A model generated the notes under the pieces. The model had not been told where the DNA came from. It worked only from the letters and a program-made list of their open reading frames with translations, and made no database searches. Below, piece after piece: positions 19,128 through 27,910 of a stretch of 64,000 bases of DNA (its first letter is position 1; each line of letters opens with the position of its first letter). The DNA is from Candidatus Latescibacterota bacterium (GTDB lineage: Bacteria; Latescibacterota; UBA2968; UBA8231), in contig OZ241867.1 of assembly GCA_965203175.1 (NCBI GenBank), positions 2,944,001 to 3,008,000 of the forward strand. The letters run 5' to 3'. Both the position numbers and the translations under genes were made by a program.

Positions 19128-21854
19128 TTGTTCCTCTTAGGCGTCTGCTTCACGCTGTTGTTGTCGGCGACCACTGCGGCTGCGGCCGAGTGGCGAGTCT
19201 TGGCCTTGCGAGTCGATTTTCCGCGCGAGAATCCCGACGAGTTGACGACGACCGGCGTCGGGGCCTTTGATTTGCGCTCTGCGTCGGCGGCTGAAGATTA
19301 CGTGCTTCCCTACGACCTGCCGCCGCACGACCGCGCTTATTTCGAGCGGCATTTGACCGCGCTGGCGCGCTATTACGAGGTCGTTTCCACAGGTCGGGTG
19401 GCGATCTCCGGCGAGGTGTTCCCCCGCGCCGCACGGCAGGCGTACGCGCTTCCCCAATCCATGCTCCACTATGGCAATGGACGCACAACTGAGGAGATCG
19501 GCGCGAAGTGGATCGAACTGGTGCGCGATGCCCTTGACGCCGCCCAGGCCGATCCCGACGGCCCGCGCTTGGACGAATTCAACAGCTTCCTCGTGTTCCA
19601 CGCCGGGGTCGGCCATGAGACCGGCGAACTGAACGACATCCGCTCGGTCTTCCTCGACGAGAGCGATTTTGCGCGCTTTAACGGCGGGCCGCTGACTGTG
19701 GGCGACGCGGAGATCGATCAGGCGTGGATCCTGCCGGAGTCGCCCAGCCTCAATGGCCGGGCCGGTCTCAATGGTTTGCTGGCTAAGTTCTTTGGCCACC
19801 ACTTAGGCCTACCTGGGTTGTCCAATTTCGCCGATGGCCTGCCGGCCCTAGGAGGCTGGAGCCTAATGGACGTGGGGGCCAGCGCTTTGGGCTATGTGCG
19901 GACCGACAGCCTCGCGTGGGTACGCGGCTTTGCGCCGCCGCATCCCATGGCTTGGAGCAAGATGCAGCTAGGGTGGGTCGAGCCAGTGGTGGTGCGGCGC
20001 GATACCGTACTATCGCTGCTGGCGACTGATCGCAGCGGCGATCTCCCCAAGGCAGTGCGCATACCCATTGACGCGCGCGAATACTTCTTGCTGGAGAACA
20101 GGCAGCAGCGCGGTCAGCGCGGCGTTGTGGAGGACGAAGACGAGGATAAGGTGTGGATTGACCCCGATCAGGTCACCATAGAAGAGGGCGTGTGGGTAGC
20201 GATGGAGGAATACGACGCCTTTGTCCCGGGATCGGGGGTGCTGATATGGCACGTGGATGAGGGCGTAATGGCGCGCGCTGAGGATCCCAATGCCGCGAAC
20301 AATCAGCTCCACTGGAAGGGAATTGCCTTGGAAGAGGCCGACGGGTACCGCGACATTGGCGATCCGCGCCGTTCGTGGGAGTTGCAAGTCGATGGATGGC
20401 CAGACGACCCGTTCTTCGTCGGCGGACAAACGCTATTCGGCTCGGCGACTCAACCTGACTCACGCAGCAACCGGGAGTGGGAGACCGGTATTGAGATCGA
20501 AGTACTTTCCGCACCCGGCGATACCATGCAGGTGGCCATACGCTTTGGGCGCGCCCGGCCGGGCTGGCCGCGGGATTTGCCGGGTGACGGTCGGCTGCAA
20601 GCTGCGGATTTGGACGGCGACGGAATAGAAGAGTTGCTCTTTGAGGCTAGGAGTGGGGTCGGCTATGCGACCGCAGACGCTGTGGCGTCGTGGCGAGTAC
20701 AGGATGCGCGACTGCTGGCGGCTGGGGACGGCGACGATGATGGCCAGCCCGCGGTTTTTTTGCGGCGCGACGCAGAGATCAGCGCGTGGGATGCCGGAGC
20801 TGATCAACCGCTGTGGCGGCTCGCGCTAGACGAGGTCCCGTTGGACGCGCGTTTCAGCGCGGGTGCGGAGGCCGAGCTGTTACTCGTCGGAGCGGAACAG
20901 ACCTATGTGGTAGATGCCATAAGCGGCGAGTTAAAGGAGCAAAGGCCGCCGATAATGTCTTCGGCTGTGGGCGATTTGGACGGTGACGGCCAAGTCGAGT
21001 GGGTCTTCGCCATGGCCGACGGACAGGTCGAGATCGGCTCGCAGGCCGTTGAGTTGGGCGATTCGCTCGCTGCGCCTCCGGTCCTAGGCGATTTGGACGG
21101 CGATGGCTTGTTGGAAGTGGTTTTGCTCGCGCGCGGTGGAACGATACACGCCCTGCGAGCCGACGGATTGCGCCAAGCCGACTTTCCCGCTGCCCTGCCG
21201 AGCTTTGCCGCGGTCGGCGATCTCGTCTTCGAGCCGGTGCTTTGCGACGTGGATGCCGACGGCAAGCAGGAGATATTTGTCGCTGGCCACAGCGGAATTT
21301 TCGGTGTGGATGATGATGGGAGATTGTTGCCGGGCTTCCCCCTGCTGATGGCCGCTCCCCCAACGGGGTCGCCGGTGGTATTGGACTTAGACGGCGATGG
21401 CCGCTTGGCTTTAGCCGCCTTGGATGGCGCGGCCGTATATGCGTGGGATCTGCAGAGGGTGGCGGCGCAGTACGCTGGAGGGCCAGCCCATTGGCCGCAG
21501 GCGGGTGCCGATGCGGCTGGGTCGCGGACTGCGCTGGTGGCCGGTCGCCCCGTTGTAAAGCCCGAGGCGGCCTTGCTAGGCCGAGTCTATTGCTACCCCA
21601 ATCCAGTCGGCCCCGGTGAAGCGGCACATTTGCGCTTTGCGCTAAGCGCGGCCGGGCGCATCGAATTGGAGGTGTTCGATGCGTTGGGTGGTCGCGTTGA
21701 GCAACACCGCAGCAATGGTTTGGAAGCCGGTGAGCGCGAAATCACTTGGTCTGTGAAAGACTATGCCAGTGGCCTGTATCTATGCCGATTAATCGCGCAC
21801 GGCGACGACGGACGGCGGGGAGAAACTGTGGTCAAAATGGCGGTGAGTCAGTGA
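19128..21854 (+). CDS. M6/immune inhibitor A-like domain with degenerate Zn motif, FG-GAP repeats and T9SS CTD
   Basis: VLALRVDF, VFHAG.G.E, KFFGHHLGLP, WSLMD.G, WSKMQLGW, EYFLLENR, GVLIWHVDE; DLDGDG repeats; YPNP..SGLYLCRL. Confidence 0.7.
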   Translation: MFLLGVCFTLLLSATTAAAAEWRVLALRVDFPRENPDELTTTGVGAFDLRSASAAEDYVLPYDLPPHDRAYFERHLTALARYYEVVSTGRVAISGEVFPRAARQAYALPQSMLHYGNGRTTEEIGAKWIELVRDALDAAQADPDGPRLDEFNSFLVFHAGVGHETGELNDIRSVFLDESDFARFNGGPLTVGDAEIDQAWILPESPSLNGRAGLNGLLAKFFGHHLGLPGLSNFADGLPALGGWSLMDVGASALGYVRTDSLAWVRGFAPPHPMAWSKMQLGWVEPVVVRRDTVLSLLATDRSGDLPKAVRIPIDAREYFLLENRQQRGQRGVVEDEDEDKVWIDPDQVTIEEGVWVAMEEYDAFVPGSGVLIWHVDEGVMARAEDPNAANNQLHWKGIALEEADGYRDIGDPRRSWELQVDGWPDDPFFVGGQTLFGSATQPDSRSNREWETGIEIEVLSAPGDTMQVAIRFGRARPGWPRDLPGDGRLQAADLDGDGIEELLFEARSGVGYATADAVASWRVQDARLLAAGDGDDDGQPAVFLRRDAEISAWDAGADQPLWRLALDEVPLDARFSAGAEAELLLVGAEQTYVVDAISGELKEQRPPIMSSAVGDLDGDGQVEWVFAMADGQVEIGSQAVELGDSLAAPPVLGDLDGDGLLEVVLLARGGTIHALRADGLRQADFPAALPSFAAVGDLVFEPVLCDVDADGKQEIFVAGHSGIFGVDDDGRLLPGFPLLMAAPPTGSPVVLDLDGDGRLALAALDGAAVYAWDLQRVAAQYAGGPAHWPQAGADAAGSRTALVAGRPVVKPEAALLGRVYCYPNPVGPGEAAHLRFALSAAGRIELEVFDALGGRVEQHRSNGLEAGEREITWSVKDYASGLYLCRLIAHGDDGRRGETVVKMAVSQ

Positions 21855-21862
21855 GGGGTTGG

Positions 21863-22009
21863 CGTCTTGCAGGTCGCCAAGTGAGCATTGCGAGAGGAGT
21901 GCCTTTGCAGCAGTGAGATCGCCTTAGTACTGGAGGCATCATTGTATTGTGAGCTGAGGAGGACTCTTCGATGAGGAAACAGGCGACCTTGCTGATGGCC
22001 GGTCGTTGC
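21863..22009 (+). repeat. Copy 2 of the ~150-bp direct repeat
   Basis: Carries the RBS GAGGAGG and the first 13 codons of the 21971 gene (MRKQATLLMAGRC vs PorV MRNLTTLLMVCLC). Confidence 0.9.
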
Positions 22010-25000
22010 GCGTTTTGTCTGTTGCTCGGCTGGGCGAGCGCATCCCGCGCCCAAAATCACCCGGAACTGGCGTGGCAGGTGGTGGAGACCGAGCACTTTC
22101 GCATTTTTTACCACGAAGGACTGGAAGGGGCGGCGGCGCGGGCAGCGCGCATTGCCGAAGCTGCGTACGCGCCCCTTACCGAGCTGTATGGATACGCGCC
22201 CGACGGCCGCGTGCGGATCGTGCTCAAAGACCACGACGATTACGCCAATGGCGCGGCTTTTTTCTATCAAGACACCATTGAAATTTGGGCCACGTCGCTC
22301 GACCACGACTTTGACTTGCGCGGCAGTTCGGACTGGCTGCGCAACGTAATTACTCACGAGTTTGCCCATATCATTTCGCTAGGTGTTGCGCGCAAGGGCG
22401 TGCAGCGCGTCCCTGCGCTCTACTTGCAGTACTTTGGCTATCAGCGGGAGAAAAACCGGCCGGACATTCTCATTGGCTACCCGGATGTCATCGCTTCCTA
22501 TCCGGTGATGGGCACGGTGATGCCCATGTGGCTGGCCGAAGGCGCGGCCCAGTACGGGACTGCGACTACGGCTCACGACCGGTGGGATGCCAATCGCGAC
22601 ATGGTGCTCCGCTCCTTGGTGCTTGCAGACGAACAGCTATCCTTCGAGCAAATGGGCGTCTTTGGCAAGCAGGGCTTTGGCAACGAATACGTGTACGACC
22701 ACGGTTTTGCCTTGGTGCGCTATATTGCCGAGACGTACGGCGAAGAAAAAATCGTCGAACTGTACCGGGCCGCATCGCAATGGCATGCGCTCGCCATTGA
22801 CGGGGCGTGCAAAAAGATCCTGGGCAAGAACGCGGATAAGCTGTACGGCGAGTGGATCGAATCTTTGCGGCAGGGCTATCGGGCGCAGGTAGCGGCGTTG
22901 GGGCCGCTGCGCGAGGGCGAGCGGGTCGTGGATGTCGGCTTTTCCAATCTGCGGCCACGGCTGGCGCCCAATGGCGAAAAATTGGCGTATCTATCGACGC
23001 GCAAACGGCACCACGGTCCGCACGGCTTGATCGTGCGCGACCTCGCTACGGGCGAGGAAGAAGTCGCAGCCTTTCCGGCGGCGGCTTCGACTGTGGACTG
23101 GTCGCCGGACGGGCGCAAGCTGCTCTTTTCGCGCATCGACCGGGCGGACAAATACGGTTCGCGGCAGGCGGATATCTACGAGTGGAACTCCGCTGCGGCC
23201 GGCCCTAGTTTTTGGCGCAATATGCTGTGGTTCGTGCCGGCCATGGTCAGTGGCACGGCACCGGAGACGCCGCGCGTCAAGCGGCTGACGCGAGGGCTGC
23301 GCGCGCTGTACCCGACCTATTCGCCCGATGGCGAGTGGATCGTCTTCGTGCAAAACAAGGGCACCAGCAACAACTTGGCGATGATCCGGGCCGACGGCAC
23401 GGGCCTGCGCTATCTAACCCATTTCGCGGATGGCACCCAGCTCTACACGCCGCGCTTTTCGCCCGACGGACGCAAGCTGGCGTTTGCGATCTCGCGCGAG
23501 GGACAGCGCGACCTCGCCGTGGTGGAATTGGACGCGGACGTCGCTGGTGCAACACCTCTACTCGCTGAAGGGGCATTTGACCTCGCCATTGCCACGCCGG
23601 GTACGGATCGCGATCCAGCGTGGAGCGCGGACGGTACAGAACTCTTCTTTGCGTCGGATTTCAGCGGCATTTTCAATATCTATGCTCTAAACTTGGAAAC
23701 GCGCGCGCTGCGGCAACTAACCAACACCATCGGCGGCGCGTTTAACCCATCGGTCGGCCCAGAGGGCGAGGTCGTCTTTACGGCGTATGCGGCGTCTGGC
23801 TTTGAGATTCGCCGGTTGCACGACGAGGGGACGCCGGTTGCGGCTGAGGAAGCGTGGTTTTCTCAAGATGTGCCGCCAGACTGGCGCGGTACGCCAGTGC
23901 CCGCATTGCCGAGTGCGCCCCAGGCATATGGCATCGACTTCCTTAAAACCGGGATCCTGCCGAGGCTGTTTATGGACGAGGGGCATTTCAAGGCGGGTGC
24001 GTACCTCACTTCTGGCGACGTGCTCAATCGCCAGAGCGTATTAGCCGGGGGTGCCATTGCGCCGGATAACGCAGACCGCGATCTGTTCGCTATATACGAG
24101 TTCAAGGGCTTTCGCCCCACTTTCTTTTTAGAGGTATTCAACCAGCGTCGGCGCTCAGCCCGCGGCGATAGCTCGGAAGCGCGGGCGGGCATTGTCAATG
24201 CCGTCAACTTCAGCTTGAGTCAGCTCAATGTGGGGGTGCGCGGCAAATTGGGTCGCCACGGGGAGCTGACGGCCTCGGCTACGTATGACCGCTACGATGC
24301 CAGCGTCCAATGGGATGCTTTTGTCCCGCGCCGCGATGGCGGCCTCGGTTTTGAGCGCCAGCGACAAAAGCCCTTTGGCTATACCTATCTCAATGGTTTT
24401 GGGCTGGGGTTGACCTATCGGATGGAGCTGATTTCGCGGCGGCGGGACCGCGATATAAATCCTTTGGGCCGCCAGCTCTACGCGCGCTACGACCGGATGT
24501 TTAACTATTTCATCGACGGCTTTAACGAGCAGTCGTCCTTTATCGACGAGAATTACATCAAGCTGTTTTACAATCAGTTTACCGTCGATTGGAAAGAGTA
24601 CATTAGCATGCCCGGCAATACTCGCTTGGGCCTGCGGCTATACGGCGGCTGGATCGACAGCGAGGCGGTCGCCGACACGACGCGGGTACGCGGTTTCTTC
24701 GACTACCGCCTCGGCGGCCTCAATTTCATGAAGGGCTATACTTTTTACAGTATCGAGGGGCGCAAGGCCCTGATGGGCACGGCGATGCTGCGCTTCCCCC
24801 TGCTGCCGGATATGAGCCAGCGCGTTGCGCAGTTGTATTTCGACAAAGTCTATGGCGCAGTGTACACTAGCATGGGCAAGGCTTGGGACCGGAACATCGG
24901 CGAGTGGAACGAAAGGTATGGACGCGATGGACCGTTGCGGGATGTGGGGGGGCAGTTGCGCTTTGACTTGATTTCTTATTACAGCGTGCCGACGCGGGTG

Positions 25001-25087
25001 CAGCTGGATGTGGCGTATGGGATTGACGAGGTACAAGATAAGGGGCGGTGGAAGTCTTATTTTACCGTGTTGTTCGGTTATTTGTAG
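21971..25087 (+). CDS. Zn-metallopeptidase (gluzincin-like) + TolB/PD40 beta-propeller + Omp85/BamA-like barrel fusion
   Basis: W...ETEHFRIFY, HEFAH..WLAEG; WSPDG/YSPDG/FSPDG repeats; C-terminal alternating aromatic strands with YRLGG..FMKGY (Omp85 loop-6-like) ending FTVLFGYL. Confidence 0.7.
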   Translation: MRKQATLLMAGRCAFCLLLGWASASRAQNHPELAWQVVETEHFRIFYHEGLEGAAARAARIAEAAYAPLTELYGYAPDGRVRIVLKDHDDYANGAAFFYQDTIEIWATSLDHDFDLRGSSDWLRNVITHEFAHIISLGVARKGVQRVPALYLQYFGYQREKNRPDILIGYPDVIASYPVMGTVMPMWLAEGAAQYGTATTAHDRWDANRDMVLRSLVLADEQLSFEQMGVFGKQGFGNEYVYDHGFALVRYIAETYGEEKIVELYRAASQWHALAIDGACKKILGKNADKLYGEWIESLRQGYRAQVAALGPLREGERVVDVGFSNLRPRLAPNGEKLAYLSTRKRHHGPHGLIVRDLATGEEEVAAFPAAASTVDWSPDGRKLLFSRIDRADKYGSRQADIYEWNSAAAGPSFWRNMLWFVPAMVSGTAPETPRVKRLTRGLRALYPTYSPDGEWIVFVQNKGTSNNLAMIRADGTGLRYLTHFADGTQLYTPRFSPDGRKLAFAISREGQRDLAVVELDADVAGATPLLAEGAFDLAIATPGTDRDPAWSADGTELFFASDFSGIFNIYALNLETRALRQLTNTIGGAFNPSVGPEGEVVFTAYAASGFEIRRLHDEGTPVAAEEAWFSQDVPPDWRGTPVPALPSAPQAYGIDFLKTGILPRLFMDEGHFKAGAYLTSGDVLNRQSVLAGGAIAPDNADRDLFAIYEFKGFRPTFFLEVFNQRRRSARGDSSEARAGIVNAVNFSLSQLNVGVRGKLGRHGELTASATYDRYDASVQWDAFVPRRDGGLGFERQRQKPFGYTYLNGFGLGLTYRMELISRRRDRDINPLGRQLYARYDRMFNYFIDGFNEQSSFIDENYIKLFYNQFTVDWKEYISMPGNTRLGLRLYGGWIDSEAVADTTRVRGFFDYRLGGLNFMKGYTFYSIEGRKALMGTAMLRFPLLPDMSQRVAQLYFDKVYGAVYTSMGKAWDRNIGEWNERYGRDGPLRDVGGQLRFDLISYYSVPTRVQLDVAYGIDEVQDKGRWKSYFTVLFGYL

Positions 25088-25112
25088 GGACGCAGATTGT
25101 TAGGGGCGCACA

Positions 25113-26348
25113 TTGCGACAATTGCAACGCCAGTTTCCTGCTATTGGTAGGGGATGTCCGAGGCTCGACGAGTTCAAACGCAAGCTTGGACAATGGCGGC
25201 GATACAGCAGGGAAACGGTCGTTGAAGAACGCGACGGCATTCCCGTATTCGCCAATGAGTTCTGGACGTCCAAGCAGCGCGCCGCGCACTCGCTGCACGA
25301 GATTTCCTATCGGGCGTGTTTTAAGCCACAGTTGCCGCGCTTTTTCATCGAGCGGCTTACGGACCCCGGCGACGTGGTGTTCGACCCGTTTATGGGGCGC
25401 GGGACGACGTTGCTCGAAGCGGCCTTGCTCGGCCGGGACGCGCTGGGCAACGACGTCAATCCCCTGGCCCGCATTCTGGTGGAGGCGCGGTTGGATCCGC
25501 CGACCTTGTCCGAGGTCGCTGCGCGGCTCGAATGCTTGGCTTTGGACGAACCAATGGAGCGTCCCGAAGGCTTTGAGGTGTTCTTTGACGAGCGGACGCT
25601 CCATCAGATATGTCGGCTGCGGGCCTATTTGGCCGAGCGCCGTTTTAGCGGGCGCGCCGACAAGGTCGATCGCTGGATACAGATGGTGGCTATCAACCGC
25701 CTGACAGGGCATTCCAAGGGGTTTTTCTCGGTCTATACGCTGACGCCCAATCAAGCTGCGTCTATTGAGAGCCAGCGCAAGATCAACGCGCGGCGCGGCC
25801 AGCGGCCCGAGTACCGCGATGTCGCGCAGTTGATCCTGCGCAAGACGCGCGTGCTTTTGCGAGATGCTGAGGCGCAGGCCCCCAAGGGACGCAGTCGGGG
25901 GTTTTTTCAACAAACGGTTGATGTGCCTTTTGACTACGACGGCCCTCGGGTGGCGCTCGCGGTGACATCGCCGCCTTTCATGGACATCGTGAACTACAAA
26001 CAGGACAACTGGATGAGATGTTGGTTCGCCGGCGTTGACCCCGATGCAATTTGCATCACGCAGACTCGCAAGCTCGCAGAGTGGAAGGCGCTGGTGCACG
26101 GCGCGTTGGAAAGCGTGGCCGCGATTGCGCACCCCGGCGGTGTGTTTGCATTTGAGGTGGGTGAAATTCGGCGGGGATCGCTGTTGCTCGATCGCGTGGT
26201 CGCGGAAGTTGCGCAAGAGACGGCGTGGGAACCGGTCTGCGTCGTAATCAACGAACAGACGTTTACCAAGACTTCGAATATGTGGGGCATTGACAACAAC
26301 AAGCGCGGAACCAATTCAAACCGCATTGTCGTGATGCAGAAGCGGTAG
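25113..26348 (+). CDS. Solitary DNA amino-methyltransferase (N4-C/N6-A type)
   Basis: Motif I VFDPFMGRGTT precedes motif IV TSPPF; start uncertain; no restriction enzyme adjacent. Confidence 0.8.
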   Translation: MRQLQRQFPAIGRGCPRLDEFKRKLGQWRRYSRETVVEERDGIPVFANEFWTSKQRAAHSLHEISYRACFKPQLPRFFIERLTDPGDVVFDPFMGRGTTLLEAALLGRDALGNDVNPLARILVEARLDPPTLSEVAARLECLALDEPMERPEGFEVFFDERTLHQICRLRAYLAERRFSGRADKVDRWIQMVAINRLTGHSKGFFSVYTLTPNQAASIESQRKINARRGQRPEYRDVAQLILRKTRVLLRDAEAQAPKGRSRGFFQQTVDVPFDYDGPRVALAVTSPPFMDIVNYKQDNWMRCWFAGVDPDAICITQTRKLAEWKALVHGALESVAAIAHPGGVFAFEVGEIRRGSLLLDRVVAEVAQETAWEPVCVVINEQTFTKTSNMWGIDNNKRGTNSNRIVVMQKR

Positions 26349-26403
26349 AGATAATGAGTTACCGATCGCGTTTTAGGTGCTGCAGCAATAGAAAGGAGCA
26401 CGT

Positions 26404-27300
26404 ATGACGAGGACAGGAATCGCGCTGGTGGTTGCCGTGCTAACTGCCGCCAGCGTTCGGGCCGAGGGATTGCCGAGTATTTTGAGCGAGGAGGGACAGG
26501 CGTTCTTGGTGGGATTGCGGGCAGTGGAAGGCGATACTGATCCTGAGCCGACACCGCGCACACAGGTGCGCAAGGGCAAGTCGTCGAAGCGGTCGCTTTT
26601 GTTGTCCGCGCTGGTGCCGGGGTTGGGCCAGTGGTATGCGGGATCGAAGAAGCGGGGGCTGGCATTCTTGGGAGCCGAGGCTGCGCTGGTGGGCATGTGG
26701 GTGGCTTGGAAGGGCAAGGGCAACGACCTAGAGCAAGAGTTCCGGGCCGTGGCCGACGAACACTGGGACCCGCTCAACTACTTGGCTTGGCGCGGCTCGA
26801 CGATCTCGAAAAATTCGTCCATTACACACGCGCTACCTTGTAGTAGCGAGGTTGTCGAAGTGTACATTCCGTCGATGCAGCAGTCGGGGAGTGCGGATTT
26901 TGGCAGATGTGCGCCTAGCGAAATTCAGCAATACTACGAGCTGATTGGCAAATACGATCAATATGTAGCTGGTTGGACCGATCTAGTGAGAAACAGTACC
27001 GGCAATGCCGTCGCGCCGACCGAGGTCGATTCGGTCGAAAATTTTCATTCCGAGCGACGGCTCCGCTACGAAGACCAACGCGACGAGAGCAATCGCTTTC
27101 TCAAGCGAGCCTCCACTATAAGCGGGGTCATTCTGATAAACCACGTTCTCAGCGCCCTTGACGCGGCACGGGTGGCGCGCGCGCGCGCTGAGGGTGCGGA
27201 CGAAGCGGCTCTGCAGCGGCGGACGCGCTTCGCGCTGGTCATGCAGCCTTGGGTGCGGTCGCGCGTGCCGATGCTCGTGGCGTACAAACCGTTGGATTGA
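26404..27300 (+). CDS. Exported DUF5683-like protein
   Basis: Signal peptide; LLSALVPGLGQWY.G, QQYYELIGKYDQY..GW.D, NHVLSALDA; AGGAG RBS. Confidence 0.6.
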   Translation: MTRTGIALVVAVLTAASVRAEGLPSILSEEGQAFLVGLRAVEGDTDPEPTPRTQVRKGKSSKRSLLLSALVPGLGQWYAGSKKRGLAFLGAEAALVGMWVAWKGKGNDLEQEFRAVADEHWDPLNYLAWRGSTISKNSSITHALPCSSEVVEVYIPSMQQSGSADFGRCAPSEIQQYYELIGKYDQYVAGWTDLVRNSTGNAVAPTEVDSVENFHSERRLRYEDQRDESNRFLKRASTISGVILINHVLSALDAARVARARAEGADEAALQRRTRFALVMQPWVRSRVPMLVAYKPLD

Positions 27301-27304
27301 ACCT

Positions 27305-27910
27305 ATGTGGCGCTGGATCGCGTTGATTTTGTTGTTGCCCGGCGTGGCTGAGGCCGGGACGTCTCAAGGGGCGTTTTGGCGCTCCTTGCTGTTGCCCGGT
27401 TGGGGGCAGAAATACGCCCGTGGTGGCGGCGGTGGTTTCTTGGCCGCTGAGCTGGCACTTTGGGGCGGCTATTGGGGTTTTGAGTGGCTGGGCCAAGTGC
27501 GCCGTGGTCAGTACCGGGCGCATGCGGCGGAACGCGCTGGTGCGCGGCCCGAGGGCAAGGACCGCGTCTACTTCGACGACTTGGGGTTTTACACGAGCCG
27601 GCTAGAGCACAACCAGTTCGCCCGCTACGAGGACGGCCCAGACGCCGAGCTCTATCCTGTGGACGCGGATTTCTTCTGGGAGTGGGATCGCGACGAGTCG
27701 CGCCAGCGCTACCGCGAGTTGCGCAATGCGAGCCAGCACGCGCACCGGCAGGCGCTCTATATGACGGGCTTGGTGGCCGTCAATCACATCGTGGCTGCCA
27801 TCCATGCGGCGCGGGTAGCTCGTGCAGATCAAGCTCAGCTTGGCTTTGCGCCCAAGGTAGCGGTGGGGCCTGGGGGAGCGGCTTTCTTCTTGGTGCGGCA
27901 TTTCTACTGA
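27305..27910 (+). CDS. Exported DUF5683-like protein, paralogue of the upstream gene
   Basis: Start MWRWIAL at 27305; RSLLLPGWGQKY, FLAAE..LWG, WEWD, NHIVAAIHA. Confidence 0.6.
   Translation: MWRWIALILLLPGVAEAGTSQGAFWRSLLLPGWGQKYARGGGGGFLAAELALWGGYWGFEWLGQVRRGQYRAHAAERAGARPEGKDRVYFDDLGFYTSRLEHNQFARYEDGPDAELYPVDADFFWEWDRDESRQRYRELRNASQHAHRQALYMTGLVAVNHIVAAIHAARVARADQAQLGFAPKVAVGPGGAAFFLVRHFY

Noticed and set aside
17941-22009. The ~150-bp repeats as ends of a transposon or as a CRISPR array
   Set aside because: Only two degenerate direct copies; no transposase, inverted ends or spacer structure.
27484-27909. Extension of the M30-like peptidase ORF to 669 aa
   Set aside because: Overlaps the second DUF5683-like gene; the signal peptide begins at 27910-27931.
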